A model generated the notes under the pieces. That model worked only from the letters and a program-made list of their open reading frames with translations. It ran no database searches and was not told the DNA's origin. 64,000 bases of DNA, taken from assembly GCA_963801165.1 (NCBI GenBank), contig CAWDDT010000005.1, positions 64,001-128,000 of the forward strand, written 5' to 3'. Numbering within the stretch: position 1 is the stretch's first letter; every line of letters begins with the position of its first letter. The translations under genes and the position numbers were made by a program. This document shows, piece after piece, positions 27,455 through 37,686 of the stretch. The stretch is from an uncultured bacterium. Its GTDB lineage: Bacteria; Actinomycetota; Acidimicrobiia; Spongiisociales; UBA5794.

Positions 27455-28147
27455 TTGCCACTCGACCCCACAGCGCTCGACAAAGAGCTGCAAGCCGAAC
27501 TCACCGAAGTTCGAATTCAGACCGACCACGGTCGTATTCTGATGCCCGTCGTCCCACTCGACATGGGTCTTGTCGCGTCGGATGTCTTCGACATCGACGA
27601 CGAGGACGAAGCATTCGCCCAGGTCAAGGCCGAGATGGGAATGGAATCGCTCGTCACCCTCGAGTGGCACGAGGATGGAGCGCCCGCATTCAATAACTCG
27701 CTCCAGGTGCTCCGCCTCGGTGAGCGCGCGTACATCTCGATATCGCCCGATGCAGCGGTCGCTCAGCACTGGGAAGCCATTGCTATGTGCGAACCGGGGA
27801 CACCCGAGATGCTCGAGGCCTTCTACCTCGACCTCGCCAGGGACAACGGCTCCACATACAGCATCGATCTCTACAGCGCCCTGCCGACTCGTGTCGCCTC
27901 CAACTACCTCAGTTGCGACGCCATCGCCGCCAGCTTCTCTGCCTATCTCGACTGGGACGAAGCCCGCTCACCCGGCGCCTGGGCATATGCGTGCGAGTAT
28001 CTGCCACAGTCCGTCGAGAAAACGCCGGATCTGGTGATCGGCTCGATGGCGCTGCGCAAAGAGGACAACGAGTTCTCCAGACGGCGCTACATCAACGCAT
28101 ACGCTGCCGCGGTGTACGACGCCCAGGCGAGCGCCGCTGCTTCGTAG
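27455..28147 (+). CDS. Hypothetical acidic protein
   Basis: GGAGGA RBS before TTG, GC3-rich codons, natural amino-acid composition; no family recognised. Confidence 0.7.
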   Translation: MPLDPTALDKELQAELTEVRIQTDHGRILMPVVPLDMGLVASDVFDIDDEDEAFAQVKAEMGMESLVTLEWHEDGAPAFNNSLQVLRLGERAYISISPDAAVAQHWEAIAMCEPGTPEMLEAFYLDLARDNGSTYSIDLYSALPTRVASNYLSCDAIAASFSAYLDWDEARSPGAWAYACEYLPQSVEKTPDLVIGSMALRKEDNEFSRRRYINAYAAAVYDAQASAAAS

Positions 28148-28151
28148 CGTC

Positions 28152-28736
28152 CTACAGGCGGGCACCTGAGGCAAGCACCGCCATCGCCCTCCGCGTGAGC
28201 TCGAGGAGATCGCCCCCACCACGACCCCATGCGGTGAGCGCGACCATGAGCGCAGACACGAAGGTGTTTGCTATCACGCGCAGCTCGAAATCATCGGCAT
28301 CCAGGTCGCTGCGAGCCGCGAGTGCGCCAACGATCAGGTCTACGCCCGAATCGAAGTGATCACCCATGGCGGAGCGCAAAGCCGGCTCACGCAGGATCAA
28401 CTCCACCCGCCGACGCATCGTGACCTCGTCAGACCTCATGAGCTCCCACATCCCCTCGATGAGTTCCATGAGGGAGTCAAGCGGTTGCTCGCCCGACGGG
28501 CGACGCTCGAGCGCGGCCACGATGAGCGGGTCCCAGGGGTCCCAAAAGACAGTCTCATCCTTGGTCGTGAAGTAGCGGTAGACGGTGCTGGGCGAGACCT
28601 CTGCTACGGCAGCGATCTGCTCGACTGTCGTGTTGTCGTATCCCTGATCCTCGAACAGCGTCAGCGCCGCCGCCTGGATAGCGAGTCGGGCCCGCTCCTT
28701 CTTACGCTGACGTAACGGAATCTTGTCGGTTGTCAC
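28152..28736 (-). CDS. TetR family regulator
   Basis: 'LRQRKKERARLAIQAAALTLFEDQGYDNTTVEQIA..AEVSPSTVYRYFTTKDE'; true start likely GTG 28736. Confidence 0.92.
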   Translation of the reverse strand: MTTDKIPLRQRKKERARLAIQAAALTLFEDQGYDNTTVEQIAAVAEVSPSTVYRYFTTKDETVFWDPWDPLIVAALERRPSGEQPLDSLMELIEGMWELMRSDEVTMRRRVELILREPALRSAMGDHFDSGVDLIVGALAARSDLDADDFELRVIANTFVSALMVALTAWGRGGGDLLELTRRAMAVLASGARL

Positions 28737-28765
28737 CCTTTCATAATACCTCTTTCGTGATACTA

Positions 28766-28797
28766 TGACAGTGACTTTCAATTCATAGTCACTCTCA
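28766..28797. promoter_or_regulatory. TetR operator between divergent tetR and ABC genes
   Basis: TGACAGTGACT-N10-AGTCACTCTCA (one mismatch) in an AT-rich divergent intergenic region. Confidence 0.68.
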
Positions 28798-28832
28798 ATA
28801 CTTCGGGGCCGGGACAGTCGAAAGGAACCCGC

Positions 28833-29747
28833 ATGGAGCCTGTGATCTCGCTGCGCCAGGTGCGCAAGACGTTTGGAAGCACGGTCGCCCTCGACGGGTT
28901 GGATCTCGAGGTCGCCGCGGGTGAGGTTCACGGGTATCTCGGACCCAACGGAGCCGGGAAGTCGGTGACGATCCGGGTGCTGCTCGGCCTGCTCCGCCGT
29001 GACGCAGGTGAAGCGCGCCTCTTCGGCGCCGACCCGTGGCCGAACGCAGTCGCACTGCACCGTCGTCTCGCCTACGTCCCCGGGGACGTCAGCTTGTGGC
29101 CGAACCTGTCGGGTGGAGAAGCCATCGATGTGCTGGCGTCGTTGCGGGGCGGGATCGACCGGCTCAAGCGAGACGAACTGATCGAGCGCTTCGAGCTCGA
29201 TCCACGGAAGAAGGCGTCCACCTACTCGAAGGGCAATAGACAGAAGGTGGCGCTCGTTGCGGGGCTGGCGTCGGATGCCGAGCTGCTGATCCTGGATGAG
29301 CCCACTTCCGGGCTCGATCCGCTGATGGAGTCGGTGTTCCAGGAGTGCATCCTGGAGAAGAAGGCGGAGGGGCGGACGGTGCTGCTGTCCAGCCACATAC
29401 TCGCCGAGGTGGAGAAACTGTGTGACCGGTTGACGATCATCCGGCTAGGCCGGTCGGTGGAACAGGGCACGTTGGCGGAGCTGCGACATATCACGAGCAC
29501 CTCGTATGCAGTCGAGACCGAGCGGCCGATCGTCGGCCTGGAATCGATCCCGGGGGTGCGGTCGATCACCGTCGACGGAAGTTCGACGACATTCGAGGCC
29601 GATGGAGACGCAGTGAATGCCGTGTTTGATGCTGTTCACGCCGCCGGGGTGCGTTCCCTGTTCGGCCAGCCGCCGACTCTGGAACAGCTGTTCCTCCGCC
29701 ACTACGAAACGGAGCTGAACGGGATCGCAGCCGGAGCCGGACTATGA
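28833..29747 (+). CDS. ABC exporter ATP-binding subunit (TnrB2-like)
   Basis: GPNGAGKS, YSKGNRQK, LILDEPTSGLD, LLSSH. Confidence 0.93.
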   Translation: MEPVISLRQVRKTFGSTVALDGLDLEVAAGEVHGYLGPNGAGKSVTIRVLLGLLRRDAGEARLFGADPWPNAVALHRRLAYVPGDVSLWPNLSGGEAIDVLASLRGGIDRLKRDELIERFELDPRKKASTYSKGNRQKVALVAGLASDAELLILDEPTSGLDPLMESVFQECILEKKAEGRTVLLSSHILAEVEKLCDRLTIIRLGRSVEQGTLAELRHITSTSYAVETERPIVGLESIPGVRSITVDGSSTTFEADGDAVNAVFDAVHAAGVRSLFGQPPTLEQLFLRHYETELNGIAAGAGL

Positions 29748-31378
29748 CAACCATGGTAGGGGCGCCGGGATCCGCCACCGCGGCCGGAGGTTTCACGGGC
29801 ACGATCCGTTTATTGCGGCTGGCGATTCGTCGCGATCGCGTCCGGCTCGCGGTGTGGGCTGCGTCGATAGCGGGCCTGGTCGGTGTATCGGCAGCAAGCG
29901 TTCACAGTCTGTACGGCACCGCCCGGCAACAGATGGAGTACGTCCAGGTCACCCAGGGCAACGCGGCCATGATCGTGCAATCGGGACCGGGGTATGGCCT
30001 CGACCACCCGACACTTGGAGCCATCTTCATGAACGAGACCGCCATCTGGACGATCATCCTCGTGGCCGTGCTCGGCATCCTGATGACTACCCGGCACACC
30101 CGGCTCGAGGAAGAGACGGCACGCTCCGAACTGGTTCGCTCGGCGCCGGTGGGCAGGTTCGCGGGAGCGACCGGCGGGCTCCTCGCGGTCCTGGTCGCCC
30201 AGGTCACCGTGGCGATCGTGGTTGTGCTCACCGTCGTCGGCTTCGGCTACGGACCGGTCGGGGCAATCGCCTTCGGGGCGGCCCTCGTCGTTGCCGGGAG
30301 CGCCTTCTCAGCGGTGACGCTCGTCGCCGCCCAGGTCGCCGCGTCGTCACGCACCGCCAGCGGTCTGGGCTTGATGGTGCTCGGTGTGGCGTTTGTAGTT
30401 CGCGCGTACGGTGACGTGGCCGTGCCGTGGTTGAGCTGGCTCTCCCCGATCCATTGGGCACAAGCAGTACGCGCCTTTGCGGGCGAGCAGTGGCTCGTTC
30501 TGGTCCTTCCCATCGCGCTGACCGCGGTGCTGCTTCCGGCGGCCGCCTCACTTGCGGAGCACCGCGACTTTGGCGGCGGGCTGCTCGACCCGCGACCTGG
30601 ACGAGCTGAGGCAGCTCCGACCCGCTACCCCTTGCTGCGTCTCGCAGCCGGGCTGCTCCGTGGCTCGATCATCAGCTGGGGCGTCGGGATCGCCGCCGGC
30701 GCGTTCTTCCTCGGCGTGGTCGCCGACCAGGTGGAGCAGATGGCCGCGGACAATCCTGCGATGAGCGGGCTCTTCAGCGTCGTCGGAAGCGGCTCGATAA
30801 CCGATACCTTCCTCGCCACCGCACTTCTCATCGTCGGCTTGCTCGCTGCCGGGTTCGCTATCTCGGCCGCGCTGCGCATGCACACCGAGGAAGCCGCCGG
30901 TCGTGTGGACCCCCTGCTCGCCACTCCGGTCGGCCGGGCTCGATGGGCGGGCAGCCATCTCGCGGTAACGATGGGAGCGCTGCTGGGTCTGATGGCGATC
31001 GGCGGCCTCGCCGGCGGGCTCGGTGCCGCCCTGGTGCTCAACGACCCCTCCCGGATCCTCGGCATGCTCGGTGGCGGCATCACCATGGCCGCCGGGGTTG
31101 CCGTGCTCGGTGGGATCGCGTTCCTCGTGTGCACTGCGGCGCCGCGGCTGGCGTTGCTGGCGTGGGTGCCGATGGTGCTCGCCGCATTCCTGAGCATGTT
31201 CGGCCGGTCACTCGGCCTCCCTTCCTGGTTGATGGACCTGTCACCGTATCAGCATGTGCCGGCACTTCCCGCGGCCCAATTCGATCTGGTTCCGATCGTC
31301 GCGTTGTCTCTGGTGACCGCCGGTGTGATCACGGCCGGTCTCCTCATCCTCCCCCGCCGGGACGTGGGACGCGCCTGA
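29744..31378 (+). CDS. ABC-2 exporter permease (TnrB3/polyether-ionophore resistance-like)
   Basis: 'FTGT.RL.RL..RRDR', 'RHTR.EEE..R.EL', 'EE.AGR.DP.LATPVGR.RW', terminal 'RRDV'; about 12 TM. Confidence 0.88.
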   Translation: MTTMVGAPGSATAAGGFTGTIRLLRLAIRRDRVRLAVWAASIAGLVGVSAASVHSLYGTARQQMEYVQVTQGNAAMIVQSGPGYGLDHPTLGAIFMNETAIWTIILVAVLGILMTTRHTRLEEETARSELVRSAPVGRFAGATGGLLAVLVAQVTVAIVVVLTVVGFGYGPVGAIAFGAALVVAGSAFSAVTLVAAQVAASSRTASGLGLMVLGVAFVVRAYGDVAVPWLSWLSPIHWAQAVRAFAGEQWLVLVLPIALTAVLLPAAASLAEHRDFGGGLLDPRPGRAEAAPTRYPLLRLAAGLLRGSIISWGVGIAAGAFFLGVVADQVEQMAADNPAMSGLFSVVGSGSITDTFLATALLIVGLLAAGFAISAALRMHTEEAAGRVDPLLATPVGRARWAGSHLAVTMGALLGLMAIGGLAGGLGAALVLNDPSRILGMLGGGITMAAGVAVLGGIAFLVCTAAPRLALLAWVPMVLAAFLSMFGRSLGLPSWLMDLSPYQHVPALPAAQFDLVPIVALSLVTAGVITAGLLILPRRDVGRA

Positions 31379-31590
31379 GCCCTCGCCACCCGGGGCCGCC
31401 AGCACCAGAGGCGACCGCGCTCGCTTCGAAGGCGCACCGGCTGAGGTCAGGATGAGGAAGGGCGGCAGCGCGCGTACGCGGTGATAGCGCGTTCGCGAGC
31501 CATTGCATGGTCGACGATGGGCTCCGGATATTCAGTTCCCAGGCTCACGCCATTGCGCAGCCAGCACCCCGGCGTCGGCGTGCCACGGAG

Positions 31591-32622
<1,032 letters not shown>

Positions 32623-32677
32623 GATGTGGTCCTCTCGCGGCGTTTTCTTCTCGTCGCGCTCTATCTTCCCCCCCGAC

Positions 32678-33091
32678 ATGACACAACAGCAAACCTACGA
32701 CGAGCTCCAGGCGTATCTCATCGAGAGAGCGCACCTCCAATTCATCATCCAGCACGCGGTCGATGCGTGGGCGGCCCAACATGCCTCAGCCGAAACAAAA
32801 CCGATCGGGCTGACGTTTGCGCTCGTTGGGCTCTACCTCCACGTCGAGCGGAGGGCTACCGGCCGGTGGGTCCAGCAAGTGCACATGCGCTTGGGTCGAC
32901 GCAAACGAGAATGGCCCTCCTTCCCGATACCGGCCGATCGGGGCACCGTGACCGTGCTCGACGTCATGGCGAGAGATCCGGGCCCGGAGCGGTACCGGGC
33001 CATCGACGACTGGTGCGCTTCGGTGTGGGAGGCATACGCCGACAGCCATCAAGCGGTCGAAGACCTCCTAACCGATTACGAGATCATCTGA
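32678..33091 (+). CDS. DUF5946-like hypothetical protein
   Basis: 'FIIQHAVDAWAAQH...FALVGLYLHVE...VQQVHM...WCASVWEAY'. Confidence 0.7.
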   Translation: MTQQQTYDELQAYLIERAHLQFIIQHAVDAWAAQHASAETKPIGLTFALVGLYLHVERRATGRWVQQVHMRLGRRKREWPSFPIPADRGTVTVLDVMARDPGPERYRAIDDWCASVWEAYADSHQAVEDLLTDYEII

Positions 33092-33120
33092 CCCCGGTGC
33101 TGCCGAGTAACGTGGCCGCC

Positions 33121-33594
33121 ATGAGACCGAGCTGGGACGAGTACTTCCTCGAGTTGGTCGATCAGGTGGCGACCCGCGCAACCTGTGACCGCGGCAAGAG
33201 TGGCTGTGTCGTCGTGCGCAGCAAGCGCATCATCTGCACCGGGTACGTCGGCTCGCCTTCGGGGATGCCACACTGCGACGAGGCCGGCCACGATCTGAAG
33301 AAGGTCATGGACGACGATGGCACCGTACGTCAGCACTGTGTCCGCACAGTGCACGCCGAGCAGAACGCCATTGTGCAGGCGGCGCGCTACGGCCTCCAGC
33401 TCGACGGGACCACCCTGTATTGCTCGATGGAGCCATGTCGAGTATGCGCCATGCTGATCGCAAGCGCGGGGATCTCCAGGGTCGTTGCCAGGCGCCGCTA
33501 TCACGCAGGCGGGGACACTCCCGAAATCCTCTCTGCCGCCGGTGTCGACCTGGACATCCTCGAGGACGTGGTGGAGCAGTACGAGGGGCAGTAG
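33121..33594 (+). CDS. Deoxycytidylate deaminase (ComEB-like)
   Basis: RPSWDEYF, RATCDR, HAEQNA, PCRVC zinc motifs. Confidence 0.92.
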   Translation: MRPSWDEYFLELVDQVATRATCDRGKSGCVVVRSKRIICTGYVGSPSGMPHCDEAGHDLKKVMDDDGTVRQHCVRTVHAEQNAIVQAARYGLQLDGTTLYCSMEPCRVCAMLIASAGISRVVARRRYHAGGDTPEILSAAGVDLDILEDVVEQYEGQ

Positions 33595-33730
33595 CCGTCA
33601 GACTGCCGACGGGTGGATCATATCCTCAACCGCTGCCGCGTAGATCTCAGCATCGGGAGCGTGCCCGAAACAGATCGGCGCCCTATGAACCGCACCCGTC
33701 TCTGTGTGCAGCTCCACTAGCCTGGTCGCG

Positions 33731-33867
33731 TCGACTGAAGGGTGGCTAGGGTTCCGCTCGCTCCGGCGGGGTCTGGTCCGAGCGCCACGGAAGGCCCGAT
33801 GCGGGCTCGCACCTCACTGGACAAAAGCCTCGAGGGGATAGGTCGGCACGATTGAACGTGTGCCGAC
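33731..33867 (+). ncRNA. ykkC-family riboswitch (guanidine-I-like scaffold, variant) with expression platform
   Basis: GTGGC-TAGGGTTCCG...GTCTGGTCCGAGC-GCCAC (P1), GGCCCG/CGGGCT (P2), GG-ACAAAAG-CC (P3 loop); directly upstream of a transporter. Confidence 0.85.
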
Positions 33868-33880
33868 AATGGAGCCCTGC

Positions 33881-34786
33881 ATGTCCAGCCAACATCGTGC
33901 CCTTCACCTCAGAGCCGTTGCCGCGGCCCTGCTCGTCACCTTCCTGTGGAGCTCCTCCTGGGTGCTCATCCGGTGGGGGTTGGACGACGAGGCATTACAG
34001 CCGGTCACCTTTGCGGCGCTTCGCTACGGGCTGGCTGCCCTATTGCTCATCGGCTGGGTCGCTTCGAAGCGGCCCCTACGACAAACCATCTCCGGTCTCG
34101 ACCGCAGATCGCTCGTTCAGATCATCATCCTCGGCGTGGTCTTCTACACGATCACCCAGGGTGCCCAATTCGTCGCTATCGACAATCAACCGGCGGCGAC
34201 AACGAGCCTCGTCCTTTCCTGGAGCCCATTGCTGGTCGCCGCTCTGGGATCGCTGTTCATCGCCGAGACCGCGACCCGGCGGCAGATCGCAGGGGCGCTA
34301 CTCGTCGCTGCCGGGGCATGGGCGTACTTTGCGGGCGATCTCGGAGCGACCGCCCTTGGGATGATGGCGGCTCTGATCGCAATGGCAGCCAACGTCGCCA
34401 GCTCGCTGCTCGGCCGAAATGTCAACCGCCGGGCCGACTGTCCCCCCGTTGTCGTCACCGCAATCAGCATGGCCGTCGGTGCTGCCCTCCTTGTCGCTGT
34501 TGGCATCGGCACCGAAGGCATGCCTGCTGTCTCGGCACGAGCCTGGCTGATCATCGGCTGGCTCGCCGTGGTCAATACTGCTTTGGCGTTCACGCTCTGG
34601 AACTACTCGCTACGCCGGCTGTCCGCTCTCGAATCGACGGCGATCAACAACACAATGCTGATCCAGATCGCACTGCTGGCGTGGATCTTCCTCGACGAGA
34701 ACCTCGGCATCGCCGAGATCACAGGAATCGTCCTCGTCTCGATTGGTGTGCTCCTGAGCCAGGCCGCCCGCACGCGAGCCACCTGA
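33881..34786 (+). CDS. EamA/DMT family transporter
   Basis: Two EamA repeats: 'VTFLWSSSWVLIR...AALRY' and 'LAVVNTALAFTLWN...LAWIFLDE'; about 10 TM. Confidence 0.92.
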   Translation: MSSQHRALHLRAVAAALLVTFLWSSSWVLIRWGLDDEALQPVTFAALRYGLAALLLIGWVASKRPLRQTISGLDRRSLVQIIILGVVFYTITQGAQFVAIDNQPAATTSLVLSWSPLLVAALGSLFIAETATRRQIAGALLVAAGAWAYFAGDLGATALGMMAALIAMAANVASSLLGRNVNRRADCPPVVVTAISMAVGAALLVAVGIGTEGMPAVSARAWLIIGWLAVVNTALAFTLWNYSLRRLSALESTAINNTMLIQIALLAWIFLDENLGIAEITGIVLVSIGVLLSQAARTRAT

Positions 34787-34793
34787 GATCCCG

Positions 34794-34839
34794 TTCTGGC
34801 GTCGCAGACCGGAAAATGTTCCGGTCTGCGACGCCAGAA
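34794..34839. terminator. Perfect 21-bp-arm hairpin between convergent genes (bidirectional terminator or REP-like repeat)
   Basis: TTCTGGCGTCGCAGACCGGAA-AATG-TTCCGGTCTGCGACGCCAGAA. Confidence 0.7.
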
Positions 34840-34847
34840 TGGACGAG

Positions 34848-37496
34848 TTAACCCTTTTCGTTGAGAACTGCCTGGGCCGCAGCCAGACGGGCGACGGGCA
34901 CCCGGAACGGCGAGCAGCTCACGTAGTCGAGACCGAGTTCGTGGCACAGATGCACCGACTCTGGATCGCCACCGTGCTCACCGCAGATACCGATCTCCAT
35001 GCCGGGGCGGGTCTTGCGACCGCCGTCGACCGCGATCTTGATGAGACCGCCGACGCCGTCACGATCCAGCGTCTGGAACGGGTTGACCGGAAGGACGCCC
35101 TGATCGACGTACTGGATGAGGAAGCTCTTCTCGGCATCGTCACGGCTGATCGCAAACGTCGTCTGCGTCAGGTCGTTGGTGCCGAATGAGAAGAACTCGG
35201 CCTCGGTAGCAAGCTGATCGGCCGTCATCGCCGCACGTGGTGTCTCGACCATGGTGCCGACCTTGTAGTCGACCTTGACCCCGCGGGCCTCCATGACCTC
35301 TTCCGCCACCTCGACGATGAGCTTCTTGAGCAGCTTGATCTCGTTGACGTGAATCGACACCGGGATCATCACCTCGGGCATCGGCGTGGCACCGTTCTCC
35401 TTGGCGTCACAGGCCGCCTCGATGATTGCCCGCGCTTGCATCCTCGAGATCTCCGGCATCAGAACGCCGAGCCGAACGCCCCGGAAGCCGAGCATCGGGT
35501 TCTCCTCATGGAGCTCGTAGACCCGGGCCAGGATCTTCTCCAGCCGGGCGATCTCTGCGTCATCGGTTGCGGCGGCAATCTCACTCGTCAGCTCTTCTGC
35601 GCCGGGCAGGAACTCGTGCAACGGCGGGTCGATGAGACGGATGATCACGGGCATGCCGGACATCGCTTCGAACAGACCACGGAAGTCCTCACGCTGGAAC
35701 GGCAGCAGGACATCGAGTGCTTCCTGACGCTCCTCGACCGTGTCGGCGAGGATCATCTTTTGCACAGTGGGGAGCCGCTCTTCCTCGAAGAACATATGCT
35801 CGGTGCGACACAGACCGATGCCCTCAGCGCCGTAGTCACGGGCACGATTGGCATCGACCGGGTAATCGGCATTCGCCAGCACCTTGAGACGCCGGATGTC
35901 ATCAGCCCATCCGAGCAACGATGACAGCCAGTGGTCGTTGATGTCGGGAACGAACGTCGGCAGCTGGCCGAGGAAGACCTCGCCGCCTGTACCTTCGATG
36001 GAGATGAACTCGCCCTCGTTGATGACCCGACCACCAATCGACATGTTCCGGGCAGTGAGGTCGATGTTGAGCTCGGCGATACCAACAACGGCAGGTTTGC
36101 CGAATTGACGGGCTACGAGAGCAGCGTGGCTGGTACGGCCACCACGGCTGGTCACTATGCCCTTGGCAGCCAGCATGCCGTGCACGTCATCGGGCTTGGT
36201 CTCGGGCCGTACCAGGATGACGTCCTTGCCCTCGTCAGCCCACTCAACCGCCTGGTCTGCGTCGAAGGCGATGATGCCGACGGCGGCACCCGGAGAGACG
36301 TTGAGGCCCTTGGCGAGCAGGTCGCCCGCCTTGCGCGACTCGACGCTGAACTGCGGGTGGAGGAAGAAGTCGATCTGATCCGGGGTGACCCGTCCGACTG
36401 CTTCTTCCTTCGAGATGAGGCCCTCTTCGGCCATCTCGACCGCGATACGAACCGCAGCCTGTGCGGTGCGCTTACCGTCACGAGTCTGGAGCAGCCAGAG
36501 CTTGCCGCTCTCGATGGTGAACTCCATGTCCTGCATGTTCCGGTAGTGCTTCTCGAGCTGGTCGGCGGTTGCCAGCAGCTCGTCGTAGATCCCGGGCATG
36601 TTCTCCTTCATGTCGTCCAGGGTGAGCGTCGCCCGGATACCGGCAACGACGTCCTCGCCCTGGGCATTCATTAGGTAGTCGCCCTCGATGTGGTTGTCTC
36701 CGGTCGCACCGTGACGTGACATGGCAACGCCGGTACCGCAGTTGTCGCCCAGGTTGCCGAAGACCATCGTTTGCACGTTGACGGCAGTCCCGAGGTCGTG
36801 GGGGATGTGCGACGCGTTGCGGTAGTCGATGGCCCGCCTGCTGTTCCACGACCTGAAAACGGCCTCGACGGCGAGCTTGAGCTGTGCGTCCGGATCCAAC
36901 GGGAACTCGGGCGTTACCTCGAGGAAGCGCTCCACGATCTCCTGGAGCGACTCGGTGGAGAGATCGGCATCGATAGCGGCACCCGTCTTCTCACGGAACT
37001 CAGTGAGGATCTCCTCGTACGGCTCGTCCGGCTTGTCGAGAACGACCGAACCGAACATCTGAATGAGCCGGCGGTAAGAGTCATAGACGAAGTGGGCGTC
37101 GCCACTGATGTCGACCAACGACTCGGCTACCTCATGGTTGAGGCCGATGTCGAGAACGGTGTCCATCATCCCCGGCATCGAGAACTTGGCACCGGAGCGG
37201 CAAGAGACGAGGAGCGGGTTGCTGGGATCACCGAACTTCTTGCCGGTCTTCGCCTCGATCGTGGCGAGCGCCTCGGCCACCTGATCCCACATCCCTCCAG
37301 GTACCGTGCCGGCATCGCTGTAGGCGTTGCACGCCACGGTCGTGATCGTGAACCCGGGTGGCACCGGAACGCCCAACCTGGCCATGTCGGCGAGGTTCGC
37401 GCCCTTACCGCCGAGCAGACCGCGGACACTGTCCCAATCTCCGACGAGAGCCTCCGCTTCCGAGACCTCGTCGAAGGTATATACCCACTTCGTCAT
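34848..37496 (-). CDS. ppdK: Pyruvate, phosphate dikinase
   Basis: LLGGKGANL, PVPPGFTIT, SMPGMMDT, phospho-His GGRTSHAA, GLCRTEHMF, SFGTNDLTQ, GICGEHGG; start MTKWVY. Confidence 0.96.
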   Translation of the reverse strand: MTKWVYTFDEVSEAEALVGDWDSVRGLLGGKGANLADMARLGVPVPPGFTITTVACNAYSDAGTVPGGMWDQVAEALATIEAKTGKKFGDPSNPLLVSCRSGAKFSMPGMMDTVLDIGLNHEVAESLVDISGDAHFVYDSYRRLIQMFGSVVLDKPDEPYEEILTEFREKTGAAIDADLSTESLQEIVERFLEVTPEFPLDPDAQLKLAVEAVFRSWNSRRAIDYRNASHIPHDLGTAVNVQTMVFGNLGDNCGTGVAMSRHGATGDNHIEGDYLMNAQGEDVVAGIRATLTLDDMKENMPGIYDELLATADQLEKHYRNMQDMEFTIESGKLWLLQTRDGKRTAQAAVRIAVEMAEEGLISKEEAVGRVTPDQIDFFLHPQFSVESRKAGDLLAKGLNVSPGAAVGIIAFDADQAVEWADEGKDVILVRPETKPDDVHGMLAAKGIVTSRGGRTSHAALVARQFGKPAVVGIAELNIDLTARNMSIGGRVINEGEFISIEGTGGEVFLGQLPTFVPDINDHWLSSLLGWADDIRRLKVLANADYPVDANRARDYGAEGIGLCRTEHMFFEEERLPTVQKMILADTVEERQEALDVLLPFQREDFRGLFEAMSGMPVIIRLIDPPLHEFLPGAEELTSEIAAATDDAEIARLEKILARVYELHEENPMLGFRGVRLGVLMPEISRMQARAIIEAACDAKENGATPMPEVMIPVSIHVNEIKLLKKLIVEVAEEVMEARGVKVDYKVGTMVETPRAAMTADQLATEAEFFSFGTNDLTQTTFAISRDDAEKSFLIQYVDQGVLPVNPFQTLDRDGVGGLIKIAVDGGRKTRPGMEIGICGEHGGDPESVHLCHELGLDYVSCSPFRVPVARLAAAQAVLNEKG

Positions 37497-37686
37497 ACTT
37501 CTCCACCTATCGCTAGGGATTGCGCGTTCATTGGGGGTCGTTTGTGGGCCACAAAAACCCACGACACCACACCAGCAAACCCCCATTGGCGCAAGGGTCG
37601 AGCGCCACTGAAGATGTGCCAATTGGCCCGTTTCGGGCAAACCATCAAGTCGTACGGTAACAAGGTTACCGAGAGGAGAATCGGCT

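Noticed and set aside
28737-29396. N-terminal extension of the 414-aa TetR ORF
   Set aside because: Overlaps the ABC ATPase on the opposite strand and the operator; homology begins at 28736
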